NCBI GenBank assembly: GCA_964036045.1
Contig: OZ038378.1
Location: 158,596,001 to 158,660,000, forward strand
DNA length: 64,000 bases
Direction: 5' to 3'
Origin: Eutreptiella sp. 'Long Island Sound 2002'
Lineage: Eukaryota > Protista > Euglenida
Positions 1-12,293 of the stretch are shown in pieces. Within the stretch, counting starts at the first letter, position 1, and each line of letters opens with the position of its first letter. The translations under genes were made by a program, and so were the position numbers. The notes beneath the pieces are model-generated. The model worked only from the letters and a program-made list of their open reading frames with translations. It was not told where the DNA came from and searched no databases.

Positions 1-601
1 CCTTGCTGCAGTATAGGTCCAGTACATGCTGCTTGTCGCTGGCGAACAGCTCCACACTTAGGTCTTCTCGAGAGTAACCCAACTCCTTCAGACCTTGGTC
101 TAGGACTTCACCCAATAGTTGATAGTCCTCAGTTTTGGAGGCCGCCATCATGTTCGAGGGCTCCTCCTTCGATAGTCTCAGGTAACTCGAGGTATGTTCC
201 GACTGCTCCAGTGGCACAGACTCTCTGCCACTGCCGTGGTCCACGTACAGGAGGTAGGGCGCTTGCAGCGTCAGGGATTGTATCTGGGAGTGCTGCACGA
301 AGAAGTCAGTACCCAGTACAAAGTCGAAGGCATCAGTGTCCATCACATAAAACCGATGGGCGATAGTCTTGGAGCCCATAGGTACCTCCACTTCGCAGTC
401 CCCGCAGCTGTGCACCACATGTCCATCCCCCATCCGTATAGCGGCGGTGGTCATGGTGTTCTTCAGGCTCCCACAAGGTAAAATTTTCTTGGCCACTATC
501 GATATTGTGGCTCCAGTATCCAGTACCCCCAGGTATTCACGTCCCCCTAGTCGGATACGTACCCAAAACACCAGGTCTTGGGTGCCACCAGAGCGTCCCC
601 G
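1..601 (-). CDS. pol: Pol N-terminus (partial): retroviral-type aspartyl protease, then possible Dam-like methyltransferase start; no ATG of its own before the protease, in frame with gag
   Basis: Manual translation after the gag TGA gives 200 stop-free codons: RGRSGGTQDLVFWVRIRLGGREYLGVLDTGATISIV... (LDTGA at 509-523), VLGTDF (302-319), ending ...LSVELFASDKQHVLDLYCSK at the edge. Confidence 0.85.
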
Positions 602-1921
602 TCAGAACTCCGCAGGACAGGTCACCTCGAACCCCTTGTTCCGCAATTTGCGGGCCATCCTCATAAAACGGCTTCTCTTCTTGGCGTTGCCGTCGTCACC
701 ACCTTCATGCTCAGGCTTGGCTCCTTGTTCTTGCTGGGCCTGCGTCTGTGAGCGTGTGGTAGGTCCAGACTGCCCTCCAGAGGGCTCGGAGTTCCCCCCT
801 GGATTAGGGTTGGGGTTACCTCCGTTCTTGTCCTTGTTCTTGTTGTCGTTCTGGCGATTAGCGCCTCCTCCTCGTCCGCCTTGACCCTTGTCTTGACCAC
901 CTTGACCACGTCCTTTCGACTTGCCCTTGCCGGAGTCGTTGCCTTTGGCCTTGCCTCCACCTTTGCCTGAGCTTTTGCCAGGATCTTCCCCCTTAAGCTT
1001 CGCCGATAGGCGTTGCTTATGGTAGCACTCGTCCTCATAGTGCTTCCGCTTACCGCAGAATGCACACGTGATGGTGCAGCGGTAATGATCCGGCATCTTC
1101 ACCTTGGCGCCGGTGATCTTTTCCTGCTGCTTCCCCTGGACAACAAAGCAGTCTCGCTGCTCGCAGTCGGAGGCATGCTGCAGGTGGCCCTGTTCATCTC
1201 TGGCATCACACCAGAATAGCTCCTTCACGTTCTCCATTAGGCGGGCGTGGGCGTGTTTGGGGGTAGTCCCCTGCCCAGGTCGGGACCCTTGGTACCCTTT
1301 GCCTCCAGAACCTCCACCACCAGGACGGTAGTGGTTCAGGTGTTGGTCGCTCTCCTTCTCCAGCGCCATCTCCAGGAGCAGCACGCATAGATCCTCGTAG
1401 CGGAGGGATCTAGCCTTGCGCTCAGCCGTCAGACGGCACTCGTCCCATAGCTCACGGGGGAGCTTGGAGCACAACCAAAACAGCAGGTCGTCGCTGCTGT
1501 AGGAACCGGGCGTCAGTCGTCCAGCCCAGTGGTCCAGGTCCGCCAACAGCTCGGAGACCCTGCCGGGTTTGGGGTTGTTGGGCAGGACGGGCAGGTTCTG
1601 GATCTCGGCCCTGATGGAGAGGTCGGTCTCGTAGGTTGGGTACTGCCTCTCCAGGGCAACCAACACGTCGGCAAAGGTGGCGGAGTTGGTGACGATCTGC
1701 CTGACCTGCTTCTCCAGGTACTTCGTCTTGCAGCACTGCAGGAGCAGGTCGCACTTCACTCGCCCACTCGCGTGGGTTTGGCCGGTCAGTCGTAGGAACC
1801 GGCCAAAGTTCTCAGCGAACTCGCTGAGGTCCTTGCCTGTGAATTCAGGCAGGTTCACCACTATCTTGGAGGTGGCAATAGCCTTCGCCTCCTGAGCTCG
1901 GCGTCCTTCAGGGCGTCGGGT

Positions 1922-1953
<32 letters not shown>

Positions 1954-3106
1954 CCTTGGAGTCCTCGGGGTCCTCAGGGTCTTCGTCATCCGATGGCGAA
2001 GAAGAAGTCATCGAAGGCGGCCCATCATCGGAGGGGTCTCCGCCTAGATCACTGGAGCCATAAGGCTCCACGTCCACCATAGCCCTTAGGGCTGTCAGCC
2101 CCAGCTGGTCCAGCTCGGCCCTCGTCGAGTTCGTCACGTGACTGTAGGGCGGCTGGGCTGTCCTCGGGACGAATGGGCTTCTTGGTACTGCTGCAGGAGT
2201 CGGCATCGGTCGGCTCCTCAGGCTCCCCAGGGTATTCGTCAACCCTGCCGCCAGGTGGTTAGCCTGTACTCGGTGGGGTGACATCCCCACTGTCGTAGGT
2301 GACGCATGGGACGGGATCATCAGGGGCTGCAGCTTCTCCCTGATCTCTTGCGTGAGGTCGCTCACGATTTTCGAAGTGGCTCCTTGGAGCACCTCGTTGA
2401 TCTCCGACCGCGTCAGGGACCTGTTGGAGGATCTTCCCGATCCTCTACTCCTGCCTCCCAGAGACTCTGGTCCTCTCCTCAACCCACTCAGGGGTGCATA
2501 CCCAGGTGTACACCCAGGAGCATACCCAGGAACTTCCATGTAGGTTCCCGTGGCGTGGAGTGGATGGGGATGGTCAGCCGCATACCAACGCGGCGCAGAG
2601 CTGGAAGCCACCGGCTCACTGGCAGTAGTTGCCTCAAGGAGCGCAGTGGTAGGTGGGCCCATGCCATAGGCGGGGTAGTGAGGCATGCCAGTAAAGCCTG
2701 TGCCCTCTGCCATAGGCTGGTTGGTTGTGGAAGTGGATGTAGCGGCGGCTGGGTGTGTGGTGGTTATGGGAGAGGGTGATGCTTGGAGGCCAGAAGCGCT
2801 TGATGCGCCTTCGAAGGTAGGGATATCCGTCGGGTCTTGCCCTTGCTCCTCTCCTTCGTCTGCTCCTTCTCCAGCATCCTTCTCACTCTCGTTTCCTCTC
2901 TTCCTCTTCACAGGCTGAGGCTGAGAGACCATTTCCTTCACCGACAGGGCCCCAAAGGCCGTCTGGAGGCCATCCAAGGAGTCCTCCGCCGTATCCATTG
3001 GCCCATGTAAGGGCTCCACCGAAGGTACAGCGTCAGGCGCCGGCCTTGCCGGTGTCTCTGGCGCTGGCGCTGTGTTCACCTCGGCGTCCACTCTTCCTGG
3101 ATCCAT
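602..3106 (-). CDS. gag: Retrotransposon Gag (low-complexity N-terminus, capsid-like core, CX2CX4HX4C knuckle CAFCGKRKHYEDEC)
   Basis: ORF track, 834 aa; one canonical zinc knuckle; helical core around TYETDLSIRAEIQNL...DDLLFWLCSKLPRELWDEC. Confidence 0.85.
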
Positions 3107-3194
3107 CTTAATCCACCCTTCTGCTTATATGTTTGCCTGCTCGGAGCACTGGTTGTACGGCGCGGGGTCGCTGCCGGTGCACAGAGACAGGCTG

Positions 3195-3207
3195 CCTCTT
3201 GCTACCA
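3195..3207 (-). promoter_or_regulatory. Possible primer-binding site (TGGTAGCAAGAGG), initiator tRNA-Met-like
   Basis: TGG-starting motif ~100 nt upstream of the gag ATG, resembling TGGTAGCAGAGG with one extra base; the adjacent LTR end is not a canonical CA. Confidence 0.35.
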
Positions 3208-3674
3208 GAAAAGTTTATAGTGTTTTCAGCACTGTGTTTTTGCTTCTCCTGCTGCTTGTTGTTGCTGTAGGGTGTCCTGCTGCTGGTTTTGGATGATGAA
3301 AAGCTTTTATTTGTTGAAATACAGTAAAGCCAACTCAATCCAGGATAGCCCAAGCCAACAGTATGCAAAGAGAAGGTAATTCAGGATCAAAGCATGAAGG
3401 GCTGCAGTGTAAACAGTGAAAGATGATTAGATATTCACAGAAACTGCAACTCAGGATACAAATGAATGCATATTCACAGAGATAGCTGAAATGTTTTGGG
3501 AAAAGAGTTAGAAAACTGCCTCAGGATCACTCTCTCTCCATAGTGCCATCTTAGGAGATGTGCACTCTTTGTTTTGGCTCCCATATGTGCTGAGGTGGCA
3601 TGGTATGTGGCGATGAGGTCACTGCCATGTCACATGGGATCTTCCTACTTAGTTGGGATCTTCCTACTTAGTTA

Positions 3675-3748
3675 GGCTGACCAGGAATTGAACCCAGGAC
3701 CTCTCAAAAAGAGGTGCCTAACCCCCTATGGTGCATACCACTAGGGCA
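3675..3748 (-). pseudogene. tRNA-derived fragment inside the putative LTR region
   Basis: A-box-like TAGTGGTATGC and B-box GGTTCAATTCC at tRNA spacing; no convincing cloverleaf. Confidence 0.35.
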
Positions 3749-5110
3749 GATAAGTATTCATGGAAAAACATAGATAAATTCATAGGTTCTACCTTTGGTA
3801 TGTCAGTGCTCAGTCAACTCAGGAAAAGATGTTTTACTTCTGATTGAAAGGGGATTAAGGGGTCCACTCCATATCCTGATTGGGTGTTTGGTTCCATAGG
3901 TCAAAATGTGTTCTCACCACTTTTGGCTGGACCAATACTAAGATAAAAATGCATGGTTGCTCAGTGCATCCCTAATACAACTAGAGTATGTCCTAAAGCA
4001 ATGGAAAAGCACTTTTTCTTACTGGCAATTGGTATGCGCAGAAATGTACGGTGATATGTCTGGCGACATCGGCAGCGCCCGGCGAATGGGAATCGAATTC
4101 ACGCCTGTTGGCGCCAACGACTTGCGCACTGCCAACTGACGCCAATTCTCTGTCTCGTCGAAGTATGTTTGAAATTTTTAAAAAAAAAAGGCGAAAACCC
4201 CGGGCGATCCCGGGGCCATGCTCGCACTTGGACTGAACTTGCACTGCCTCACACCTTTCGAAGACATCAGTGCACGTATGTTCACAACATTTGGGAGACA
4301 AAGGAGTACATACATAGGTCAAAGTAGGTGTTTTTGAAATGCCTTGATGATTTTTGTACCATGGTGCAACAACCGTGTTTCCCAAAGTATAGAAAGGTAG
4401 CCTCGGCCATATGGTTTGGACCCTGGTAGTTTTGAAAATAAACAGCTTTTTCCGATTGTTTTTTCAAAAATAACCGGTCGATAGGATTATTGTTTTCAAA
4501 ATAACCGGTTTGATGCGACTATTGCTTTAAACAACAGCGATGAATCGGTTATTTCATATTAATCGATCTTTGGGACTTTTTTGCACTTTTTGATTGTTTG
4601 GTGTTGGCTTCTTTTTTTTCTGGCTTTTTTGAATGAAGCATCTTTGGAACACTTTTTTAAAACTTTTGATTTTTTCGTTTTGGCCTCCAACTTTTTTGGA
4701 CTGCCCCTTTTGGAAAATTAATGATTCATGACATCAAGTATCATGTCATCGATGATGTCATCATGCCACATGGGGGGCGGCATCATGAATGATGTCATCA
4801 TTATACCATCAATCCAACATGTTGATACAACATCCACCTTGTAGGCCAGGCCGTCAGAACCATGCTGGCTTTCACTCTCGGTGGCTTGCCAAACTCACCT
4901 ATTGGTAGCACACCACCAGAAGAGGCATGGCTCGTCACGCTCTTGCATGTGACAAAACAAACTTTTTGATTTTTCCGCTCGTCTTTAGATGTTACAAAAT
5001 GTGGTCTAAAAACCGCTGCTAAACCTTCTGCAGCGCAACATTTACCAGCAAAAAAAAACCAAAAAAGAAAACTTCACAGCACACCACACCATTTTGCCAA
5101 CCCCCATGCA

Positions 5111-5219
5111 GTGTCAGACACATATGATGTTGAGAATATTATTGCTGAACGGATGACAAAAAACACAGAAACGGGGAAATTTCAAAAAACAGTGGCTGGT
5201 GCATTGGAAAAGATACCCT
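5111..5219 (+). pseudogene. Chromodomain fragment with a 1-nt frameshift
   Basis: YDVENIIAER...KFQK, then after a shift in the A6 run at 5184-5189, QWLVHWKRYP; matches the chromodomain pattern Y-x-VE-x-I...Y/W-LV-x-W-K-x-Y. Confidence 0.55.
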
Positions 5220-6104
5220 ATTGTGTTGATAGCCATCTTGCACCACTGCTTTACAACCGCTGTGCCGCTCTGCTTTTCCTTGGGCTGAAATATTTCCAAA
5301 ATCAGAAATTGGAGACTTCAACACAGCGTCAAGATGCAAGCGAGCGATGGAGCGGCAGTTCAGGATGAAGACCACAATAAAAACGAAATACCAGAACATA
5401 TGGGGTGTGCAGTGCAACAATAATGGGTTCACATGGACTTGCTGCCCCATTTTACCTAGCCAGGATCACCTGCCTAGGTATGTCACTTCAGTGATTTTTG
5501 CCTAAGTGCCTAGTTGTGTTTTGCTTCTCTGACCCAGCCAACCGGAGCTTTTTGGGTTGGGGCCTCAGCCTAGGGCTTGTTTTTGTGCTATATTTTGTAC
5601 ATACTTTCGTTGCATTATATGGCTCTTCTCGTCCTTTTAGGTACGAAAGAGCTCTTTTGTGATCGCTGCGCTTACTTCTAAGTCTGTGATTGTGCAGTTA
5701 CTGTGATGTAAGTAGTGCTGTGCTTCGCTGTGCTTGCTCGGCTTGGGAAACACGCCCGTACCGGACCCTCACCCAAGAGTGAAAATAGCACCGGGAGTAC
5801 TATCACAAAAGTCTCCTGAGGGCTAGCCGGCGTACCAGCCGAGAAGTAGCGCTCGCAAAAGCCCCCCCAACAAAAACACGATGAACCCTGTAGCCGCCGA
5901 GCCCATGCAGGACTTGGACCCCCACACTGGGGAACTCCGTGCCGCTGACACCGCACCCCCATTCCGGATTGACATTCACAAGCGGCAGGAAGGACATGCA
6001 GACATGGTCAGGGAGTTGGTGGCATCGTTTTAGAGCGGATATGGAGGCGGGGAGACCTATGTCCATCACCCCTTGGTCCCAACCAGCCCCTCCATCATGT
6101 TTAG

Positions 6105-6105
<1 letters not shown>

Positions 6106-6142
<37 letters not shown>

Positions 6143-6145
6143 GTG
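6106..6145 (+). repeat. (TG)n microsatellite
   Basis: Direct reading. Confidence 0.95.
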
Positions 6146-6876
6146 ACCTGTTGCAGAAGTGATGCGTGTCTGCCAAACCCCCAGGCCTCACACGGACACG
6201 GAAATCCTGTCAAATCTGACATGCAATGCAGCCGAGTCAGGTGCTTTGGCAACGAAAGGTCAAAGAACGGGTGAGAGCGCGGGTTCGCCAGGGCGAGGTC
6301 AAAGCCCATGGGGCGCGACGGGGTGGGCAATGTGGGCAGCGCGGTGGTCCATGTGGTACCCGCGGCCGATGGCATGCCACAGAGCAAGCTGAGCACCCAT
6401 GTACCCCTCCCCCTTGCAATCTCCCCCCTTTTGTCAGGCCGGTCCCCCCCCCCAGGGGGGGGGTTGGCACAAGGCCTCGGTACTAGGTTGTTTGCCTTTG
6501 GCGGCACCTATTGGCCTCTCGCCACTGCTCAGTCTGACCCTCTATGGGTCGGAAGGTGTTTTCATTGTGTCAACGGAGCCCCTGGATGACTTGTCCTGTT
6601 TAGACTCCTCTGGGGTCAGCTGTCCCAGAGACGGGCTGTTGCCCGTGCCGTTGACCAGGTGCATGCAGATGCACACTCCGAGTCCATGCGGGGGTTTGCC
6701 GACTCCAGCACTGACTCGTGTTCATTCCATGATACAATTAGGGGGCCAATCATTTGGCCATAGAACAGTCTGAGCTTCGATCGCCTCCGAGAAGCAAAGA
6801 GGTGATAGTTGATTTGTGCGCTCCTTCCCACATTTGCCGCATTAGACACGCATGACCGGGTCACATTGTAAACTTC

Positions 6877-7480
6877 ATTACCGAGCTGGGTTTACCCTGT
6901 CGAGGTTTTACACCACCTTTTAGGGGCCAAGGGTGAGCAACACGTTTTAGCAGCAGCAGCAAGCAGCAGCAGCAGCAAGCAGCAACAGCAGGCGAGTAAA
7001 AAGTCCTTGCGACGACACCGTGGGTCAAAACCGGCATCCAAGTAGCTCAAAACGACCGGGGAGCAAAGGCGCATCACGGCAAACAACTTTCGTTGCATTT
7101 TGAGCCGTGTAGCCCGTTCTATGGCCGATTTAGTGTCCAAAAATGGCCGTTTTTGGGCTGTTTTCAGGACGATCGTCCTGAAAACTCAGGACGATCGCCG
7201 GTGTGTCAAGTGGGCGTTTGCAATGAGGGCTGTTGTTCTTCCATGGCGATTGGGCTATCAAATGATGGCAAATGGGTGTTCAATAAGGCATGTACCATGC
7301 CGTGGTGCCACGTGGTGGTCCATTTTGAGGTGAAAATGAGCCGTTTTTGAGCCGTTTTACAGGACGATAGTACTGACCGTTGAGGCACATCTCCAATGCA
7401 GGCAGTGTTTCCTCCACAGTGATTTCCAATGCGTTAAGCAAGACTAGGACCCAGCTCGGTCCTAGTTCGAGTCTTGATCA
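6877..7480 (+). repeat. ~600-bp dispersed non-coding repeat, copy 1 (inverted copy at 60099-60700)
   Basis: Shared blocks ATTACCGAGCTGGGTTTACCCTGTCGAGGTTTT, (CAG)n-like tract, TTTAGTGTCCAAAAATGGCC, CATTTTGAGGTGAAAATGAGCCGTTTTT; ACCGAGCTGGGT (6880-6891) recurs inverted at 7449-7460. Confidence 0.85.
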
Positions 7481-8019
7481 CATGTTATCCGGGAGATTCC
7501 TTCAGACTTAGTACTTTAAAAGTGTTAGATGGAGGTGAGTTTTCAGGACCCTTCTGCGCTCTGCGCCGTTTTCGGTGATCGCAGTCTGCCCTGGGGGGGA
7601 GAGGGGGATTGCACCACAGAACTGTACCATAGTATCACAGTGTAAATCAGCTTCGGCGCCTTTGGCGCCTTGTAAAAGTTTTCTTTGGCGCCTAGTATTT
7701 TCTATGCTTTTTGGGCCAAGTGACGCCCCCCCCCCCCCCAAGAGGAGGGGGGGGTACAGCAGGATCCCTGTCTTACACGGGACATGGGGGGGGGTGTGTG
7801 GAAGATCCAATACAGGTGCTGCACCACTGCCCATGCATGCCCGCAGGCCTCGGTCCCCATGGCGTCCTTGGTGCCCAATGAAGGACGTGGAGAGGGGGGA
7901 TAGCCCCCCTGGGCCGGACCCGCAAAGGGGGCTCCATCGGCTCAAAGGACAGCCCCCTGCAGGACATCCCTCCCCCCTTCGGTCACGACAGCCCTGCCCC
8001 CCCCCCCCCCATCCAGAGA

Positions 8020-8088
8020 GCTGGATGTCCGAGTGGTTAAGCACCTACATTAACATGTCATCAGTCGTGGGATCGAGCCCAGCCGCCT
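8020..8088 (+). pseudogene. tRNA-derived (SINE-head-like) sequence
   Basis: GTCCGAGTGGTTAAG D-arm/A-box and GGGATCGAGCCC B-box-like motifs; anticodon and acceptor stems do not pair. Confidence 0.45.
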
Positions 8089-9248
8089 TCAGTCCACAGA
8101 CCGGTGCCCGGGGGATCAGAGCAGTGCCGACCTGCGCGATACTCGGGAGGTGGGGCATCCATTTTCCACACAGTACACTCACCACAAGGCCTGGGATAGT
8201 GCACAGGTGTCTGTCTCGGAACACTGCGAGGACCGCCAAGATCCGCGCGGGGTCTCCGATGGCCGGCGCCCGGTGTACCCAGACCGCGGACACTCGTCAG
8301 GGAAGGCGAGGGGTGTCCCGGGGCCCCGGGTCTCAGAGCTGCGCCTACGCGCGATCGGGTGAGAGGCCCAGGGTACCTTCCCTCTTCCTTCCACCCCCCG
8401 CTGGGCCGCTGAACAGTTTATGTGGGGGGGGGTGCGGGGCCCTTAGAGCCCTTTTCAAACCCCCCCCCCCCTCTGGAGGGGGGCTGCAAGGGCCGGCTCC
8501 CTTTTTTCCATGTTTCTCATGCATATTCCATGACAAAACTGCTGGCACTGTCACAGTCTGTCCCTGTCACTGTCCCTGTCCCTGTGTCACTCCAAAGAGG
8601 GGGGGGGGGGGGGGCTCCTCCTACGGTTGTCAGCCGTTCTAATACATCCCTGCCCCCCCACCCCCCGCGCCCATAAGCAAGCTGGAGCCAAGATTTTCAG
8701 GCATTTGCATTGAGGAAATAAGCGAGTGGCCCTCGGAGCCCCTTTCCGCAACCCCCCCCCCCAAATTTGCCGGGGCTCCAAGGGCCCCCCTCCCTCCCCC
8801 AAAAGTAAAATTGTCACCAGCCCTGAAAGGAGCCCCCGGCACATTGGGCCCCCTTGTCTTGTGGACCCAAATGGGACCGGTCAGATTTTCGGCGGCTTCA
8901 TCATCGCCCACCCCCCCACAACCCCAACGCCCACGTCCACAGACCCCAGGAGGCAGTCCTGCAGGGGGGCCTCCCCAAAGGGAAACACGCACGACGGACC
9001 ACTGACCATTCCCCAAAAGGCGCGTTGGCCCCAGGCCTTTGCTCAGTGGGGGGGGGAGGGTCAGGGCGGGTTCCGAGTGAGGAGCCTGGTGGATGGCGCT
9101 GGGTCCTACTCAGTTGCCCATAGGGCGGGGCTCCTTCCTACTGAGCTGACCGGCATGCGGGGCTGGATCCTACTGAGATCCTCTCACCGGAGCAGGGGGT
9201 CACCCCCAGCCCCCGCCCCCACTAAGCAAAGGCCTGGTTGGCCCTCAG

Positions 9249-9644
9249 TCACTGGCGTGCCTTGGCCTTCCCGCCCTTGTACCCCCGCCGCACCAGGACC
9301 ACTTGGTAGGCGCTCCTCAGCACCCGCCAGCCCCGGCCCCGCAGCAGGTCCACCACCAACTTGCACTTGCCCCCGAACGGCAGGTCGCAGTCGTCCAGCA
9401 CAATCATGGACTGCGAGTGCAGCAGCGGCAACGCGGCCTTGACCTCCCTCAGCGCATGCTCCTGCGTCGGACGGGGGTTGAACTCCGTTGCGGGGACGTC
9501 CATCCACTTGAACTCTTCGCTGTCCAGGTACAACAGGTCAATGCTTTCCCCGTAGTACGCCTGGAGCGCGGTCACGCTGTCGTCTGCCAGCAGCGTCACG
9601 GCGCCCCCATATGCCTGGAGCGTCGCGCGCGCGGCTGCCTGCAC
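9249..9644 (-). CDS. Tandem SAM methyltransferase gene, exon 6 (C-terminal half of domain 2, stop)
   Basis: CAG acceptor at 9647-9645; VQAAARATLQAYGG...DSVTAL...IDLLYLDS...MIVLDDCDLPFGGKC...GW...YQ, typical of Methyltransf_24-like proteins. Confidence 0.85.
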   Translation of the reverse strand: MQAAARATLQAYGGAVTLLADDSVTALQAYYGESIDLLYLDSEEFKWMDVPATEFNPRPTQEHALREVKAALPLLHSQSMIVLDDCDLPFGGKCKLVVDLLRGRGWRVLRSAYQVVLVRRGYKGGKAKARQ

Positions 9645-11857
9645 CTGTTGATGGTATGGGGCACTGGAAGGCAGAGAGGGAGGTTTCTAAGAGGCTACAC
9701 AGAACGACAAAACCGTGCAAATAGGGGGGGTGATGTGGACGAGGCGGGTCTTGAAGGGGAACGGGGGAAAGCAGCTGTGCTCCCGAGCGTATTCCTTGGC
9801 AACGCACGTCTCTCTTGGGACAGCAGCGCCACGGCGAAAGCTCGTTTGATTGAGGCAAACAGGGCCCATGACGTGGGTCGAATCCCGTGGGCAACAGGAA
9901 CAGGTCCACACAGTGCGCACACACGGGCTGTACCGGACACAACCCCAAGCCCAGCAGCCGCTCAAAACGTCATGCGGGGCCCAAAGGCTGAACCAAACCA
10001 TCTCGGAGCAGTGCAACGCTGATGTCCACAATGCCTTTGAACATAGCGGGCTCCTCGCTTCGGAGAGCTGGGCTGAGGGTTGGCAATCTTGGGTCTTTCT
10101 GACCCACAAGCCTTCGGCTGAAGCATGTTTCTCCTCATTTTGGACAGCTCGGTCTTGAAACATGTTGCAGTGCCATCAAAATACCGAACATTACCTCAAA
10201 ACCCTGAAGTGCCTTTTGATTGTCACTTCTCTCACTGCGCTGACTGCAATCTCGGGGACCACTGAGCTGAGCGCACATGGCGCTTCTTGTTCCTTGAACT
10301 TGCAGGGAAGGGCAGCAGACTTGGAGTAGGGATCAGTGGAAATGGAGAATATGAAGCAACATGCCCTGAAAACAGCCCAAATATCATACATACACCCATG
10401 ATACCCACACATCCCCATTGAAAAAAAAGAGGGGGATGAATGCACGGAAATGCACTCACGGTGGCCTACGCTGGCATCGGTCGGCGTCTACTTGTGGTTG
10501 CCCAACCCCAAAAAAAACAACAAAAACAAAAAAAACCCCTCCCCCCGAGTAAGAATAAGTAGCTGTTATCATCGGTTGTTGTCATTGATTCACTTGTTAC
10601 TGTGCATTTTGAGATAGCATTGGATGGGTAGAGTCACAGAAACATCAGCAAATATCTGCTGCTGAGACTTGTAGGGGTTGTGTCTTTTGGTGGCCACGTC
10701 AGAATCCGATGACCACTCAATCGTAGCAAGCCCCCCCCCCCCATGTGACATTCCGTCTGGTTGTTGTTCCTTTACGGGGCCCTGGACAGTCACCCATTCT
10801 TCCCTCCGCATGTTGCGTCAGGTCGTTGCGTTCTGTCGGCCGCTGTGGCCGGTGCTCCTGCCGGTGTCGTTTCCGCGTTCGCGGAGCCCAGTAGTTGGTG
10901 TGTTGGGGCTGTGCTGGATGTGGCGGGATGTGCCGTTTGCGCGTCAGCGGCGCCCAGTAGTTGGCGTATTGGGGTTGTGCTGGTTGTTGCGGGGGTCGTT
11001 TGACTGTTTTTGCTGTCCACTCAATGATAGCAATGCTGACCACTCAATGGTAGCAACCCCCCCCCCCGCTCCATTCACAGAAAAAAATTCCAACCAATGG
11101 ACCACAAATCAGGGACTTGTGGGGCGTTTTTTAGGAAGCTCTGCAGGGGAGGGGGGCACCCATCCTTAACCCTGTGCACTATGCGCCACTTCAGGACCGA
11201 CCGTCAACCGCCAGCAACCGCCAGCGACCGTCACTAAACGCTGACGACCCAACTGCAACCCCCGATGCAAGTCATCACCCACTACCGAGTCATGTCGGTT
11301 GTTTTATTTGCCACATACATGAGCAACTGGAGTGGCAATGTTTAAGTCACAGATCCATTGCCCATGGCTTTTCGTCACTGCGGCTCATCAAGCCCACATT
11401 GGCTCCAGGTGTAAGTGGGCTTCATGACTGAGCTTCCTCTCTTTTTTTTACAGGGCTAAGAACGGCCCCAAGCCTGCCACTGCTCACTGTCATGCACCCG
11501 GCCCCAGCCACTGAGAATCCGAATTGGGCCATTCACTGGGGCCGGCGCAGGTGATGAACGGGCCGCAATTGGTCAGGTGTGGAACCGCCACTTTCGCTCC
11601 AGCAGCGCCTGCCGCACGGCCTTCCTTGCGTAATCAGTTCTCAAGTTCGGGCTTGTGGCCAGTGGCCTGCTGCATTGTCCCAGTGTTCCAGTCCCTGCCT
11701 CCCTGGCTGGGGTCAGGGCTGTAGGATTAGGGCTTTGGGTTCTGGGCTTTATCGCCTGGGGTCACTTCGCCGCTTTAGTCCGGGGTTCGGGTCGTGGCGT
11801 GCATTCGGTGTTCCATGTTTGGGTTGACTGCGCGGTGATGAACGGGGGAGGGTCCAC

Positions 11858-12293
11858 CTCTGGGTCCTCGTCGACGGACACGACTTGGCCGCCGTAGCGG
11901 GTGACGTACTTGGCCCAGAGCAGCGTGGATTGCCCAGCGCCCCAGCGCTCACGGTACGGACTGCCGCGCGACGGCTGGACCGTCCCCGTCTCGAAGATCA
12001 CCGTGGCATTGCCTTTGCCCAGGCTCAGGAGGTGCGCCACCGCCATCTTCATTGTCGCCTCCCGGTCGTACCAATGCGCGTAGAAGGGCCGCTCGCGGAG
12101 GGCGCGCGTACCAAAGTACACGTGCCACGGCAGCTGCAGACTATGCACCTCATCGACCCACGCCGGCACCAGTTCTCCCGCGATGGAAGGCTTGTCAAAC
12201 TTTGTCTTGGCGTGTTCAGCGCGCATGAGCAGCTGCTGGTAGGCGTTGTGGGTGATGACCCAGCCATGCCGCATCAGGAACTCTGCCGCTTCC
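11858..12293 (-). CDS. Tandem SAM methyltransferase gene, exon 5 (end of domain 1, N-half of domain 2)
   Basis: CTCAG acceptor, GT donor after DEDPE; motif I VIFETGT and motif II VVSVDEDP; phases join exons 4 and 6. Confidence 0.85.

Larger units (their letters stand above)
1..3900 (-). mobile_element. LTR retrotransposon, 5' half (Ty3/gypsy-like gag-protease order); continues past the left window edge; right (LTR) boundary approximate
   Basis: 834-aa Gag with CCHC knuckle, followed in frame by an aspartyl protease; PBS-like TGGTAGCA upstream of gag. No second LTR in the window, so the LTR cannot be delimited. Confidence 0.8.

Noticed and set aside
5803-6507. Second PLE relic (CPC motif)
   Set aside because: Only a CxC-like triplet; no GIY-YIG or RT motifs recoverable.
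7508-9442. ORFs of 178-355 aa (e.g. 7575-8642)
   Set aside because: Built from GC-rich dispersed repeats and homopolymer runs; no recognisable motifs.
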